38,708 bases of DNA from an archaeon (GTDB lineage Archaea; Iainarchaeota; Iainarchaeia; Iainarchaeales; GW2011-AR10), in contig JAUSEO010000005.1 of assembly GCA_030651515.1 (NCBI GenBank), positions 1-38,708 on the forward strand, read 5' to 3'. Numbering within the stretch: position 1 is the stretch's first letter; every line of letters begins with the position of its first letter. The notes beneath the pieces are model-generated. The model made no database searches, was not told the DNA's origin, and saw nothing but the letters and a program-made list of their open reading frames with translations. Both the position numbers and the translations under genes were made by a program. Below are positions 18,100-25,016 of the stretch, piece by piece.

Positions 18100-18131
18100 C
18101 AATCAATGAACAAAACAATCAATGAACAAAA
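18100..18131. repeat. perfect tandem duplication 2 x 16 nt (CAATCAATGAACAAAA)
   Basis: Read directly: 18100..18115 is identical to 18116..18131. Confidence 0.9.
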
Positions 18132-18245
18132 TAGCTTTCTTTTTTGGCATAAAGCGTAAGCCCGGGTTTGCCGAAGCAACCCCGGGGATGCAATAAAAGG
18201 TATTTGTGAAGGGGTGTTTTTAAGGGTTGCTTTTTTCCTTAAAAA

Positions 18246-18358
18246 AGCCTCCGGTGGGACTCGAACCCACAGCCTGCGGTTAGTTTGCCACTGGAAAAAC
18301 ACGAGAATTGCCGAATAATAGTTACAAAACCGCTGCTCTGCCATTGAGCCACGGAGGC
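18246..18358 (-). tRNA. tRNA-Thr(TGT) with 41-nt intron after position 37
   Basis: Hand fold: acceptor GCCTCCG/CGGAGGC, D arm GCTC-AATGGCA-GAGC, anticodon stem GCGGT/ACCGC, loop TTTGTA|intron|A, T arm GTGGG-TTCGAGT-CCCAC, discriminator T. The splice sites lie in 3-nt bulges around a TTTG/CAAA helix (BHB). Confidence 0.85.
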
Positions 18359-18434
18359 GTGAATTTTTCACCCTCTATTTTTTTGGGCAAAGAAATGTTT
18401 TTTAACCCCGTTTTCCACCATTATTTTTGCGGGC

Positions 18435-19169
18435 ATGAAAGAAACACTTTTTATGGCGCTGGTCTTGACAGCGCTTTTTGGGTGCACCCAGAACAACCTG
18501 CAAGAGGCAAGCGAAATGGCGTCTGAAATGCAGAAAGTAACCTTTGTGGCAAAAGACAATGTAACGATTTACGCCAATTACTGGAAAGCCGAATCCAGCC
18601 GTGCCGTAATCCTCGTCCACCAGTTCAACAGCTCCAAAGAAGCATACACAGGCTTAGCCAAGCTCCTCAATGAAGATGATTATGGCGTGCTTGCACTTGA
18701 CCTGCGCGGGCACGGGGAAAGCCGTGCACAGGGTTCGCTTGCAAACCCGGCTTACCTCTCCGACAAAGACTTCCAGGACATGCACCTTGACCTGAGTGGT
18801 GCGCAAAAATTTCTCTCAGAAAAAGCCTACACTGGTTTTTTCATTGTCGGCTCATCCATTGGGGCAAACCTTGCGGTAACTTACCCGTTTGAAAACAGTG
18901 GCTTCAAAGCCGCAGTAGCACTTTCTCCAGGCGAAGACTTCAAGGGCCTAAAGCCCCTTTCAGCGGCCCGCGAAACAAATGTTCCGACAATGATTGTCGC
19001 AAGCAAAGACGATGCTTATTCTTTTGAATCAGCAGAAAAAATCCATGCCGCGATGACTGGCGAAAAAAAACTCGTCGAACTTGAAAACGCGGGGCACGGC
19101 ACATTCATGCTCCAAAACAATCCAAATCTTTCAAGCCAAATACTTGAATGGTTCAAAGAGCACGCATGA
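18435..19169 (+). CDS. alpha/beta hydrolase lipoprotein
   Basis: 244 aa. Lipobox LTALFGC, nucleophile elbow GSSIG, Asp in SKDDAY, His in NAGHGTF. Confidence 0.85.
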   Translation: MKETLFMALVLTALFGCTQNNLQEASEMASEMQKVTFVAKDNVTIYANYWKAESSRAVILVHQFNSSKEAYTGLAKLLNEDDYGVLALDLRGHGESRAQGSLANPAYLSDKDFQDMHLDLSGAQKFLSEKAYTGFFIVGSSIGANLAVTYPFENSGFKAAVALSPGEDFKGLKPLSAARETNVPTMIVASKDDAYSFESAEKIHAAMTGEKKLVELENAGHGTFMLQNNPNLSSQILEWFKEHA

Positions 19170-20000
19170 CTATTTTTTTTCCTTTGCCTTAGTGAATGCC
19201 TTAACTGCATCCATTAACTCCATTGGAATTGCAATGACAACCGTGTTTGAAGCAGTGGGTCCAAGCCCGTCAATTGTCTGAAGCGTCCTTAACTGCATTG
19301 CACCCGTGGACTTTGCCATTATTTCTGCTGCCTTTGAAAGGTTTTCAGCAGCCATCCTGTCACCCTCAGCCTTGATAATCGTGGCCCTTTTTTCCCTTTC
19401 CGAGGATGCCTGTCTTGACATGAGCCTCTTCAAATCCTCTGGCATGTCAATGTCCTGCATTTTTATGTTCGTGACTTTTATCCCCCACGCACCGCTTTCC
19501 CTGTCCACGATTTTTTCTATCTGTTCCCCGACCTGCTGCCTCTCGGCAAGAACCTCGTCAAGAGTCATCTGCCCAATGACGTCCCTCAACGCTGTTTGCG
19601 CGTACTGTGAAACCGCGTACTCGTAATCCTGCACGTTGATGATTGCCTTTGAAGCATCCTCCACCTTGAAGTAAAGCACCCCGTTGATTGTCACGGGGAC
19701 ATTGTCCTTGGTTATCGCCTGCTGGCTTGGAATGTCAATTGTAAGCACGCGCATGTCAATTATTTTCACTGCTTCAACGATTGGAAAAATAAAGTTCAAC
19801 CCCGGCTGGAGTGTTTTGTCCAGTTTCCCAAGCGAAAAAACAACGCCTGTCTGGTACTGCTGGATAATCCTTATAGAAAGGAAAACCAAAAAAACCAGGT
19901 AAACCAGCAAAACAACCGGCCCCATGACCGGCACGAAAAACACTGCAACTGCAACAAGCAAAAAAACAAACCCGACAATCCCCTTCACGGCCCCATTCAT
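19170..20000 (-). CDS. SPFH/band-7 (stomatin/slipin) family protein
   Basis: 276 aa with an N-terminal TM region. Conserved QQAITKDNVPVTINGVLYFKV, ALRDVIGQMTLDEVL and an Ala/Glu-rich coiled coil. Its stop abuts the hydrolase stop with no spacer. Confidence 0.9.
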   Translation of the reverse strand: MNGAVKGIVGFVFLLVAVAVFFVPVMGPVVLLVYLVFLVFLSIRIIQQYQTGVVFSLGKLDKTLQPGLNFIFPIVEAVKIIDMRVLTIDIPSQQAITKDNVPVTINGVLYFKVEDASKAIINVQDYEYAVSQYAQTALRDVIGQMTLDEVLAERQQVGEQIEKIVDRESGAWGIKVTNIKMQDIDMPEDLKRLMSRQASSEREKRATIIKAEGDRMAAENLSKAAEIMAKSTGAMQLRTLQTIDGLGPTASNTVVIAIPMELMDAVKAFTKAKEKK

Positions 20001-20161
20001 GAAAAAATAAAGGGATTTAACTTCTTAAAAAACAATCTATCCAGCCTTCAGCTTGGTTTAAGCATATTTTTATTTTTTGCCAGCTAGTGAAGGCAGTTTC
20101 AGTTGTAAACAAAATGTTAACAACTGGTTTTACTTTCCTTTTAGAACCCGCTATTTATGGG

Positions 20162-20599
20162 TTATTTTAAAGAAATCTGATTTAATTTTATTTTAGTTCC
20201 TTTTTTCCATAAGTCTTTTCTCATAGCAATAGCACTTTCCATAAAATTGTATTCTGATGGTTCAATCATAAATTGCTTGAATTTTCTTAACACCCCATCA
20301 GAAGCATACAGGATAGAGTTGTAGTAAAATTCTGTTAATTTTTCCATGGCATATTTTTTAATCTCTTCTTTCTTCTTCAAACTTTGCATGTGTGGGTCGT
20401 GAATATTGAATTGATTCATATTTTCTGGTTTTAGAACACATCTCATGAATACCAAAGTAGACCTGTATTTGTCTTCGTTGAGACTCTGAATTCTCAATTC
20501 GGTTTCCTTTCTTTGATTCAAAAGATGTTGAATGTACCCGCCAATAATCCCCCCAAGCCCTAATAAACTTAAAATAGAAATTATTGTTTGCAAATCCAT
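20162..20599 (-). CDS. hypothetical protein with N-terminal TM helix (island cargo)
   Basis: 145-aa ORF in an AT-rich region. No known motif. Preceded by repeat copy C1. Confidence 0.5.
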   Translation of the reverse strand: MDLQTIISILSLLGLGGIIGGYIQHLLNQRKETELRIQSLNEDKYRSTLVFMRCVLKPENMNQFNIHDPHMQSLKKKEEIKKYAMEKLTEFYYNSILYASDGVLRKFKQFMIEPSEYNFMESAIAMRKDLWKKGTKIKLNQISLK

Positions 20600-20633
20600 A
20601 TTTTCACACTTGTTTTATTGACTTATTTAATAA

Positions 20634-20693
20634 GGAATGCCCCTATTGGGCTCATCACGACACAGTTAAAGTCAGGGATAATTGTTGCCCTAA
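20634..20693. repeat. conserved intergenic element, copy C1 (partial)
   Basis: GGAATGCCCCTATTGGGCTCATCACGACACAGTTAAAGTCAGGGATAATTGTTGCCCTAA aligns with the corresponding halves of C2 and C3. Confidence 0.8.
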
Positions 20694-20749
20694 TATGTGT
20701 TCTACTTGATCAAGTGTGGCCAGAAATACTTTTAACCTTAATGAATTCG

Positions 20750-21595
20750 TCAGCCCTTTAGTCTTTTTCTTTTGTTTGATTCCGGCTCACCCAGATAGTT
20801 TTCCTGTGTGCTGATTTTTTCACCAGATTCAACTTCAAGTCTTTTTCTGGCGTCCCCAGCAATTTGTCCACCCAGCTTGGCGGCTTTTTTGTTTTGAATA
20901 AAGCCTTGCGCGTCCTTGCTTTTCGCGATTTTGGTGGTGGAGGCTTCGCCAAGCATGGTGAAAATGAGTTCCAAATCATTCATGTGGTCACGCAGGTTTT
21001 CTTTTGAAAGTTTTTTGAATTTCTTGTATTCCTCAACGGTTTTGCCAAAAGTTGCCTGGCTTATTTCGTTGGTCAAAATCGCGTATTCTTTGCCCTCTTG
21101 GACGCTTCGCTTTTTCCATTCATCCGTCAATTCCTGCCGGACCGCTATTCCACGAACCCTTTTTTCAATCCACTCGTCCGAATAGCCTTTTGCCTTGTAA
21201 AGTTCTTTCATGCGCGCTTGTGACAATTCCGGGTTTTCGATTTCCTGGACGCGCTCGTAACCGACTTGGGCGAGCCAGCGCTTGAAGGGTTCGGCTTTTG
21301 GCGAGGGAATTGACTGGATTATCCTGAACATTGATTTGGTATTAGTGCAGTCTGTTTCTCTTAATTTCCCATCCTCTGCAGACAATTTCAACTGTACGAT
21401 TTTATCGTACGGTTCAAAACCTTCTTCTGAAAGCTTGATTTTTAAGTCAGACCAATATCTCTTTGGAATTGTACTGGCTTCCAATGCAGTTACAACATCT
21501 ATTACAGAAAAATACCATTCATTCTCATGCCATGCCCGCCTGATTTTTTTGTCCTGAAAAACAACCAACGCATTTTGGTTTTCCACTTCAATCAC
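20750..21595 (-). CDS. Bro-N domain / antirepressor-like DNA-binding protein
   Basis: 281 aa. N-terminal IRRAWHENEWYFSVIDVVTAL is Bro-N-like. The central SPKAEPFKRWLAQVGYERVQEIENPEL...GYSDEWIEKRVRGIAVRQELTDEWKKR is typical of this phage-associated family. Confidence 0.75.
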   Translation of the reverse strand: MIEVENQNALVVFQDKKIRRAWHENEWYFSVIDVVTALEASTIPKRYWSDLKIKLSEEGFEPYDKIVQLKLSAEDGKLRETDCTNTKSMFRIIQSIPSPKAEPFKRWLAQVGYERVQEIENPELSQARMKELYKAKGYSDEWIEKRVRGIAVRQELTDEWKKRSVQEGKEYAILTNEISQATFGKTVEEYKKFKKLSKENLRDHMNDLELIFTMLGEASTTKIAKSKDAQGFIQNKKAAKLGGQIAGDARKRLEVESGEKISTQENYLGEPESNKRKRLKG

Positions 21596-21642
21596 CGTGC
21601 CTTTTAGTTATGAAATAGCCTTTGGCCCGCCCACATAAGATA

Positions 21643-21750
21643 TTTGTATTCTTGTTTAAAAGCAGTTTCAGGCCTCGTTGCCGGTGTGAATCTTGAAGTG
21701 CCCATTGGGCTTATACAACAGTTAAAGTCATGGGATAAAACAGTGGCCCG
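21643..21750. repeat. conserved intergenic element, copy C2
   Basis: 84 of 94 aligned positions are identical to C3, plus one 1-nt indel (hand count over 21643..21737). Starts 5 nt from the stop of the 92-aa ORF and ends 48 nt before the Bro-N start. Confidence 0.85.
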
Positions 21751-21754
21751 GGTT

Positions 21755-22033
21755 TCACTTTCTCACATTTGCTATTGCAAGTCGGGTTGCTTCTCTTATA
21801 ATTGCCCTTACGGTTATGGTGCTGCTTTTCATGCGCCTTCCCCAACCGAAATTCTGCAAGGCCTTTTCAATTGTCGCGTCTGACAGCAGTTCCTTTTCCA
21901 ACGTCAAAATGCCTGCCTGCTTGCCCGAGTCTTCTGCGAGGCGGTAAAGGCGGATGATTGCCTCTGGCTGTTTCATCCCGGAGAAGCTGTTCCACAATTG
22001 CATTACTTCCTCATCAGTTGCCATATTTTCCAA
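21755..22033 (-). CDS. hypothetical protein (island cargo)
   Basis: 92-aa ORF, no recognisable motif. Confidence 0.4.
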   Translation of the reverse strand: MENMATDEEVMQLWNSFSGMKQPEAIIRLYRLAEDSGKQAGILTLEKELLSDATIEKALQNFGWGRRMKSSTITVRAIIREATRLAIANVRK

Positions 22034-22124
22034 GCCTCCTTTGCCGGGCTTTGCTTGCCGCGCATGTCATCATAATAACCCGAATTAGCAGTTGAAGACA
22101 AGGGATTTCCGTTTTTGGCCTTGT

Positions 22125-22136
22125 TTTTCTAACTGT
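22125..22136. repeat. direct repeat TTTTCTAACTGT, left copy
   Basis: Exact 12-mer also at 24399..24410. The match is 15 of 17 when extended to 22120..22136 versus 24394..24410. Confidence 0.8.
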
Positions 22137-22173
22137 GGCGTTATATGCCTCAAGCGAAGTTTGAACCAATTTT

Positions 22174-22392
22174 TCATGATGTTAGCGTTGCTGTTTGTAT
22201 TACTTTTTTTGTTTCGCCTGAAAAAATCTTTTTTGCATTAGCGATTTCCATTGCAAGTATTTTGCCATCTTTTGAAATGTCCAGTACTATCCCATTTGAC
22301 AGTTCAATGCTTTTCCAATAGTCACCTTCAAATAATTGTATTCCAAGAATATCCTCTTCCTTGTCGTACCATTTTTGTTTTTTCATTTCCAC
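22174..22392 (-). CDS. DUF2283-family protein (antitoxin-like partner)
   Basis: 72 aa. YDKEEDILGIQLFEG...GIVLDISKDGKILAMEI matches the DUF2283 pattern. Starts 4 nt after the upstream gene's stop. Confidence 0.7.
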   Translation of the reverse strand: MEMKKQKWYDKEEDILGIQLFEGDYWKSIELSNGIVLDISKDGKILAMEIANAKKIFSGETKKVIQTATLTS

Positions 22393-22395
22393 TCA

Positions 22396-22632
22396 CTAAT
22401 CCAAATAGTATGCTGTAATCAATTTAATTGTTTGGCTTCCGATTTTTCTGAAAACAACTTTTAACCGCTTTCCGTTTTGTGGAATAACCATAATCACATT
22501 CAAGGCATTGTCCTGGGTTTTGTCTTTTTCAAAATCCTTTGGATTGCTTAATGCGTATTCAATCATGTATTGTTCGATATTTCTGCGGAATTTTTTCTTT
22601 TTCTTCCAATGAAAAGATTCAATTATTTCCAA
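22396..22632 (-). CDS. DUF4258-family protein (toxin-like), proposed TTG start
   Basis: 78 aa from a TTG at 22632, preceded by AAAGGGGAA: LEIIESFHWKKKKKFRRNIEQYMIEYAL... fits the DUF4258 N-terminus. The track ORF extension to 22845 runs through repeat C3 and the IS target duplication. Confidence 0.6.
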   Translation of the reverse strand: MEIIESFHWKKKKKFRRNIEQYMIEYALSNPKDFEKDKTQDNALNVIMVIPQNGKRLKVVFRKIGSQTIKLITAYYLD

Positions 22633-22671
22633 TTGAGTTCCCCTTTTTCCGCATTCGTTTGTAATAATTTG

Positions 22672-22779
22672 TTTGTGTTCTTGTTTAAAAGCGGTTTCAG
22701 GCCACAGTGCCGGTGCGAATCTTGAAATGCTCATTGGGCTTATGCGACAGTTAAAGTCAGGGATATTTTGTTGCCCTAA
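22672..22779. repeat. conserved intergenic element, copy C3
   Basis: See C2. Ends about 40 nt upstream of the proposed DUF4258 start. Confidence 0.85.
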
Positions 22780-22847
22780 AAGACATCTATTGTGAACCTT
22801 GTTTGAAAACAATTTTAAGTATATTGAAGATTCGTGATTTTCCAAAC

Positions 22848-23834
22848 GGCTCTGTAGAAATCCTTTTTAAATAGGGATAAATAGAGGGTTTTCCCTCTAT
22901 CTATTGTGATTCCCTATGAATGTTTTGTACCCTGTAAAATTTAATAGTTTCTATCAACTAGTCCAAAGCGTTTTGAACGAAATCAAGTTCCCGTACAGGT
23001 TCTCCGTGTTCTCCAAGAGAATGTATGGGAACTTTGTACACGTTTTTCTTCTCGTCTACAAAGAGAGATTGAACGTCTCGTATAGGCGTTTTGTACAAAT
23101 AGCCAGCGAAGTAAACCTTGAAAGAACATTGGGAATTAAACGAATTCCCCATTTTACTACCATCCAAAAATTCTTACAGCGCATACCAAAGAAACTTTTC
23201 GAGTCAATGGTCAAAGCCTGCCGCAGACTACTTAACCTCAAAAAAGTTACCGGAATCATCGACGGAACAGGTTTTTCAAACACCAATCCTTCACATTATT
23301 ACCAGCAAAGAGTTGATGGTGTAAAAGTCAAAAACTACACTAAAACCGTGTTATTAACGGATAAAAAAACAAAACTCGTGTTGAACATAAAAACTCACAG
23401 TGACAATGCTAGTGAGACTCTGGACTTTATACCTCTTGTACAAGACCTCAATGATACGTTGTCACAGGTTTTGGGTGATAAGGGCTATGACTCCATGAAA
23501 AATAGGGAATACTGTTGGAACAATGGAATCTCCGTACAAATTCCATTGAGAAACTTTAAACAAGCGGGATACAAGTACGGTCTACAACCCTATTTGAAAA
23601 AGAAACGACGCATAGCTTCACAATTATTTGACCAAAACGAGTATAGGTACAGGGTATTAGTTGAATCCGTGAACTCTGCCATTAAACGGACTCTGGGTTC
23701 CTGGGTAAACTCCCGTAACCCTGGTTCCCAACAAAAACAAGTAATTTTGAAAATCCTAGCTTACAACATAGAAGTAATCAACCGAACAATAAAACTCACC
23801 ATATTTATAACCTAAACAGGAATTCTACACCGCC
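22848..23834 (+). mobile_element. IS4/IS5-superfamily insertion sequence (IS903-like architecture), apparently intact
   Basis: 987 bp. Left inverted repeat GGCTCTGTAGAAATCCTTTTTA versus the reverse complement of the right end GGCGGTGTAGAATTCCTGTTTA, 18/22 matches. Flanked by the 9-bp direct repeat TTTCCAAAC at 22839..22847 and 23835..23843. Single transposase ORF. Confidence 0.8.
22916..23815 (+). CDS. DDE transposase (IS4/IS5 superfamily)
   Basis: 299 aa. Candidate DDE residues lie in IDGTGFS, VLGDKGYDS and the Y-2-R-3-E-6-K signature YRYRVLVESVNSAIK. Confidence 0.85.
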   Translation: MNVLYPVKFNSFYQLVQSVLNEIKFPYRFSVFSKRMYGNFVHVFLLVYKERLNVSYRRFVQIASEVNLERTLGIKRIPHFTTIQKFLQRIPKKLFESMVKACRRLLNLKKVTGIIDGTGFSNTNPSHYYQQRVDGVKVKNYTKTVLLTDKKTKLVLNIKTHSDNASETLDFIPLVQDLNDTLSQVLGDKGYDSMKNREYCWNNGISVQIPLRNFKQAGYKYGLQPYLKKKRRIASQLFDQNEYRYRVLVESVNSAIKRTLGSWVNSRNPGSQQKQVILKILAYNIEVINRTIKLTIFIT

Positions 23835-23885
23835 TTTCCAAACGAAATGTTTTAATCTGTGTTAAGCTTATTTGTGTAGGGAATT

Positions 23886-24362
23886 ATGAGTAAGCCTATT
23901 CGAAGACCTGTTTCTGAAGGCCGACAAGGAGCTTCAAAGCCGATTGCATTTGTTAAGAATCCAGTAACTGGTGTAGACATTCCAGTTTTCTATCGCAACC
24001 TTGAGAACAGAATTACAAGTGATACACGGGGCGCTCCTGCTGCAAGGAATCCAAATGATAGGCGGATTCGGCAAGTGGGTGATTTTTTCAGTCAAGCACG
24101 TGTGAGCAAGGTGCATCATCAGCCACGTGTTAGAATGCTTCTTGAAAAATTTCAAAAGCAACGCTTGGCATCAGGTGACACCAGACCAATTACCTGGTAT
24201 CCCAAGATTGTTGTAATGACTGAAGAAGAATTTAACCAATTGGACCCTAAGGGGAAAAAAAATTTTGTTGTAGTCAAAGAGGCAGGCTTTGTTTACTTTT
24301 TTAATCGTCGGGCGCCTGGCGGCGGTGGGAAAGTAATCACAAAAAAATACAAAAAACCTTAA
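23886..24362 (+). CDS. hypothetical basic protein (island cargo)
   Basis: 158-aa Arg/Lys-rich ORF, no recognisable motif. Only plus-strand cargo gene besides the transposase. Confidence 0.5.
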   Translation: MSKPIRRPVSEGRQGASKPIAFVKNPVTGVDIPVFYRNLENRITSDTRGAPAARNPNDRRIRQVGDFFSQARVSKVHHQPRVRMLLEKFQKQRLASGDTRPITWYPKIVVMTEEEFNQLDPKGKKNFVVVKEAGFVYFFNRRAPGGGGKVITKKYKKP

Positions 24363-24398
24363 AACAGACAAGAACAACTGGATTAAATCTGCGCTTTG

Positions 24399-24410
24399 TT
24401 TTCTAACTGT
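24399..24410. repeat. direct repeat TTTTCTAACTGT, right copy
   Basis: Lies 9 nt from the 3' end of tRNA-Glu. Partner at 22125..22136. Confidence 0.8.
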
Positions 24411-24419
24411 AATGTGAAG

Positions 24420-24494
24420 TGCCCCGAGCGGGATTTGAACCCGCGTCGATGCCGTGAGAGGGCATAGTCCTTGACCGGGCTAGACTATCGGGGC
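24420..24494 (-). tRNA. tRNA-Glu(CTC)
   Basis: Hand fold: GCCCCGA-TA-GTCT-AGCCCGGTCAA-GGAC-T-ATGCC-CTCTCAC-GGCAT-CGAC-GCGGG-TTCAAAT-CCCGC-TCGGGGC-A. 75 nt, no encoded CCA. Confidence 0.9.
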
Positions 24495-24547
24495 GGCCAC
24501 ACGATTTTCTCTAGAAAAAGGTTTATTAAAACAAAGTTGTGTGTTCC

Positions 24548-24946
24548 TCAAAATTCACGTATTTCCTCAAGCACAAACCGCAAGTTTGCGTCCTTGTCAA
24601 GCACTATCTGGTCAATTCCTTTTTCAGCGTAAACGTTATCCACATAGATTGCCCAGTAGTGGCTCTGTCCAGCCTCCACGCCTGCGATGGATTCAACGAA
24701 AAAACCAAACTCGTACTGTTTGCCTTTAACCTCTGTTGCCTCTCTGAGTGCGTCAAGTGCAATTGTCCCCTTTTCCACTTCCACTGTTTTTTCAAGGATG
24801 TTGTTTTCGCCGTCGTTGACGGCAAAAGAAACTTTCACTTGGGAAATAGTTTCCTGGCTGCCAGCTTGAGGTGCTTGCTGCTGGATTTGCTGTGTGCACC
24901 CTGCAAGCAAAAAAATTACGAAAAGAAAAAATAATGCATTCTTCAT
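24548..24946 (-). CDS. DUF4430-like secreted lipoprotein
   Basis: 132 aa. Lipobox LLAGC. GTIALDALREATEVKGKQYEFGFFVESIAGVEAGQSHYWAIYVDN fits the DUF4430 pattern. Confidence 0.65.
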   Translation of the reverse strand: MKNALFFLFVIFLLAGCTQQIQQQAPQAGSQETISQVKVSFAVNDGENNILEKTVEVEKGTIALDALREATEVKGKQYEFGFFVESIAGVEAGQSHYWAIYVDNVYAEKGIDQIVLDKDANLRFVLEEIREF

Positions 24947-25016
24947 GTAGGAAAACAGGTTTGGTTAGGTATTTTAATTTTCTTTTTTATGGTCACAACC
25001 GGTATCCGCGGGGGCA

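Noticed and set aside
20144-20151. GAACCCGC at the left edge of the island matches 8 nt of the tRNA-Glu T-arm region (24437..24444), a possible att remnant.
   Set aside because: The match is only 8 nt (9 of 11 with flanks), which is within chance expectation for a 4-kb search space.
22694-22721. On the minus sense, GATTCGCACCGGCACTGTGGCCTGAAAC looks like a 28-nt CRISPR repeat: it ends in GAAAC and has an internal mini-palindrome.
   Set aside because: It is embedded in a roughly 100-nt conserved element and occurs as single copies about 1 kb apart (a second copy lies in C2). There is no regular repeat-spacer spacing and there are no cas genes.
20634-22779. Reading the three intergenic elements as integron attC sites, that is, a cassette array without an integrase.
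   Set aside because: I could not find the paired inverted R''/R' core sites (RYYYAAC ... GTTRRRY) or an extended imperfect palindrome. CTTTAAC and TTTTAAAC are in direct, not inverted, orientation, and no intI-like gene is present. I kept it only as a hypothesis to test computationally.
22633-22845. N-terminal extension of the DUF4258-like ORF (track ORF 22396..22845).
   Set aside because: The extension translates straight through repeat copy C3, which is homologous to non-coding copies C1 and C2, and starts inside the IS target-site duplication. A TTG start at 22632 fits the family better.
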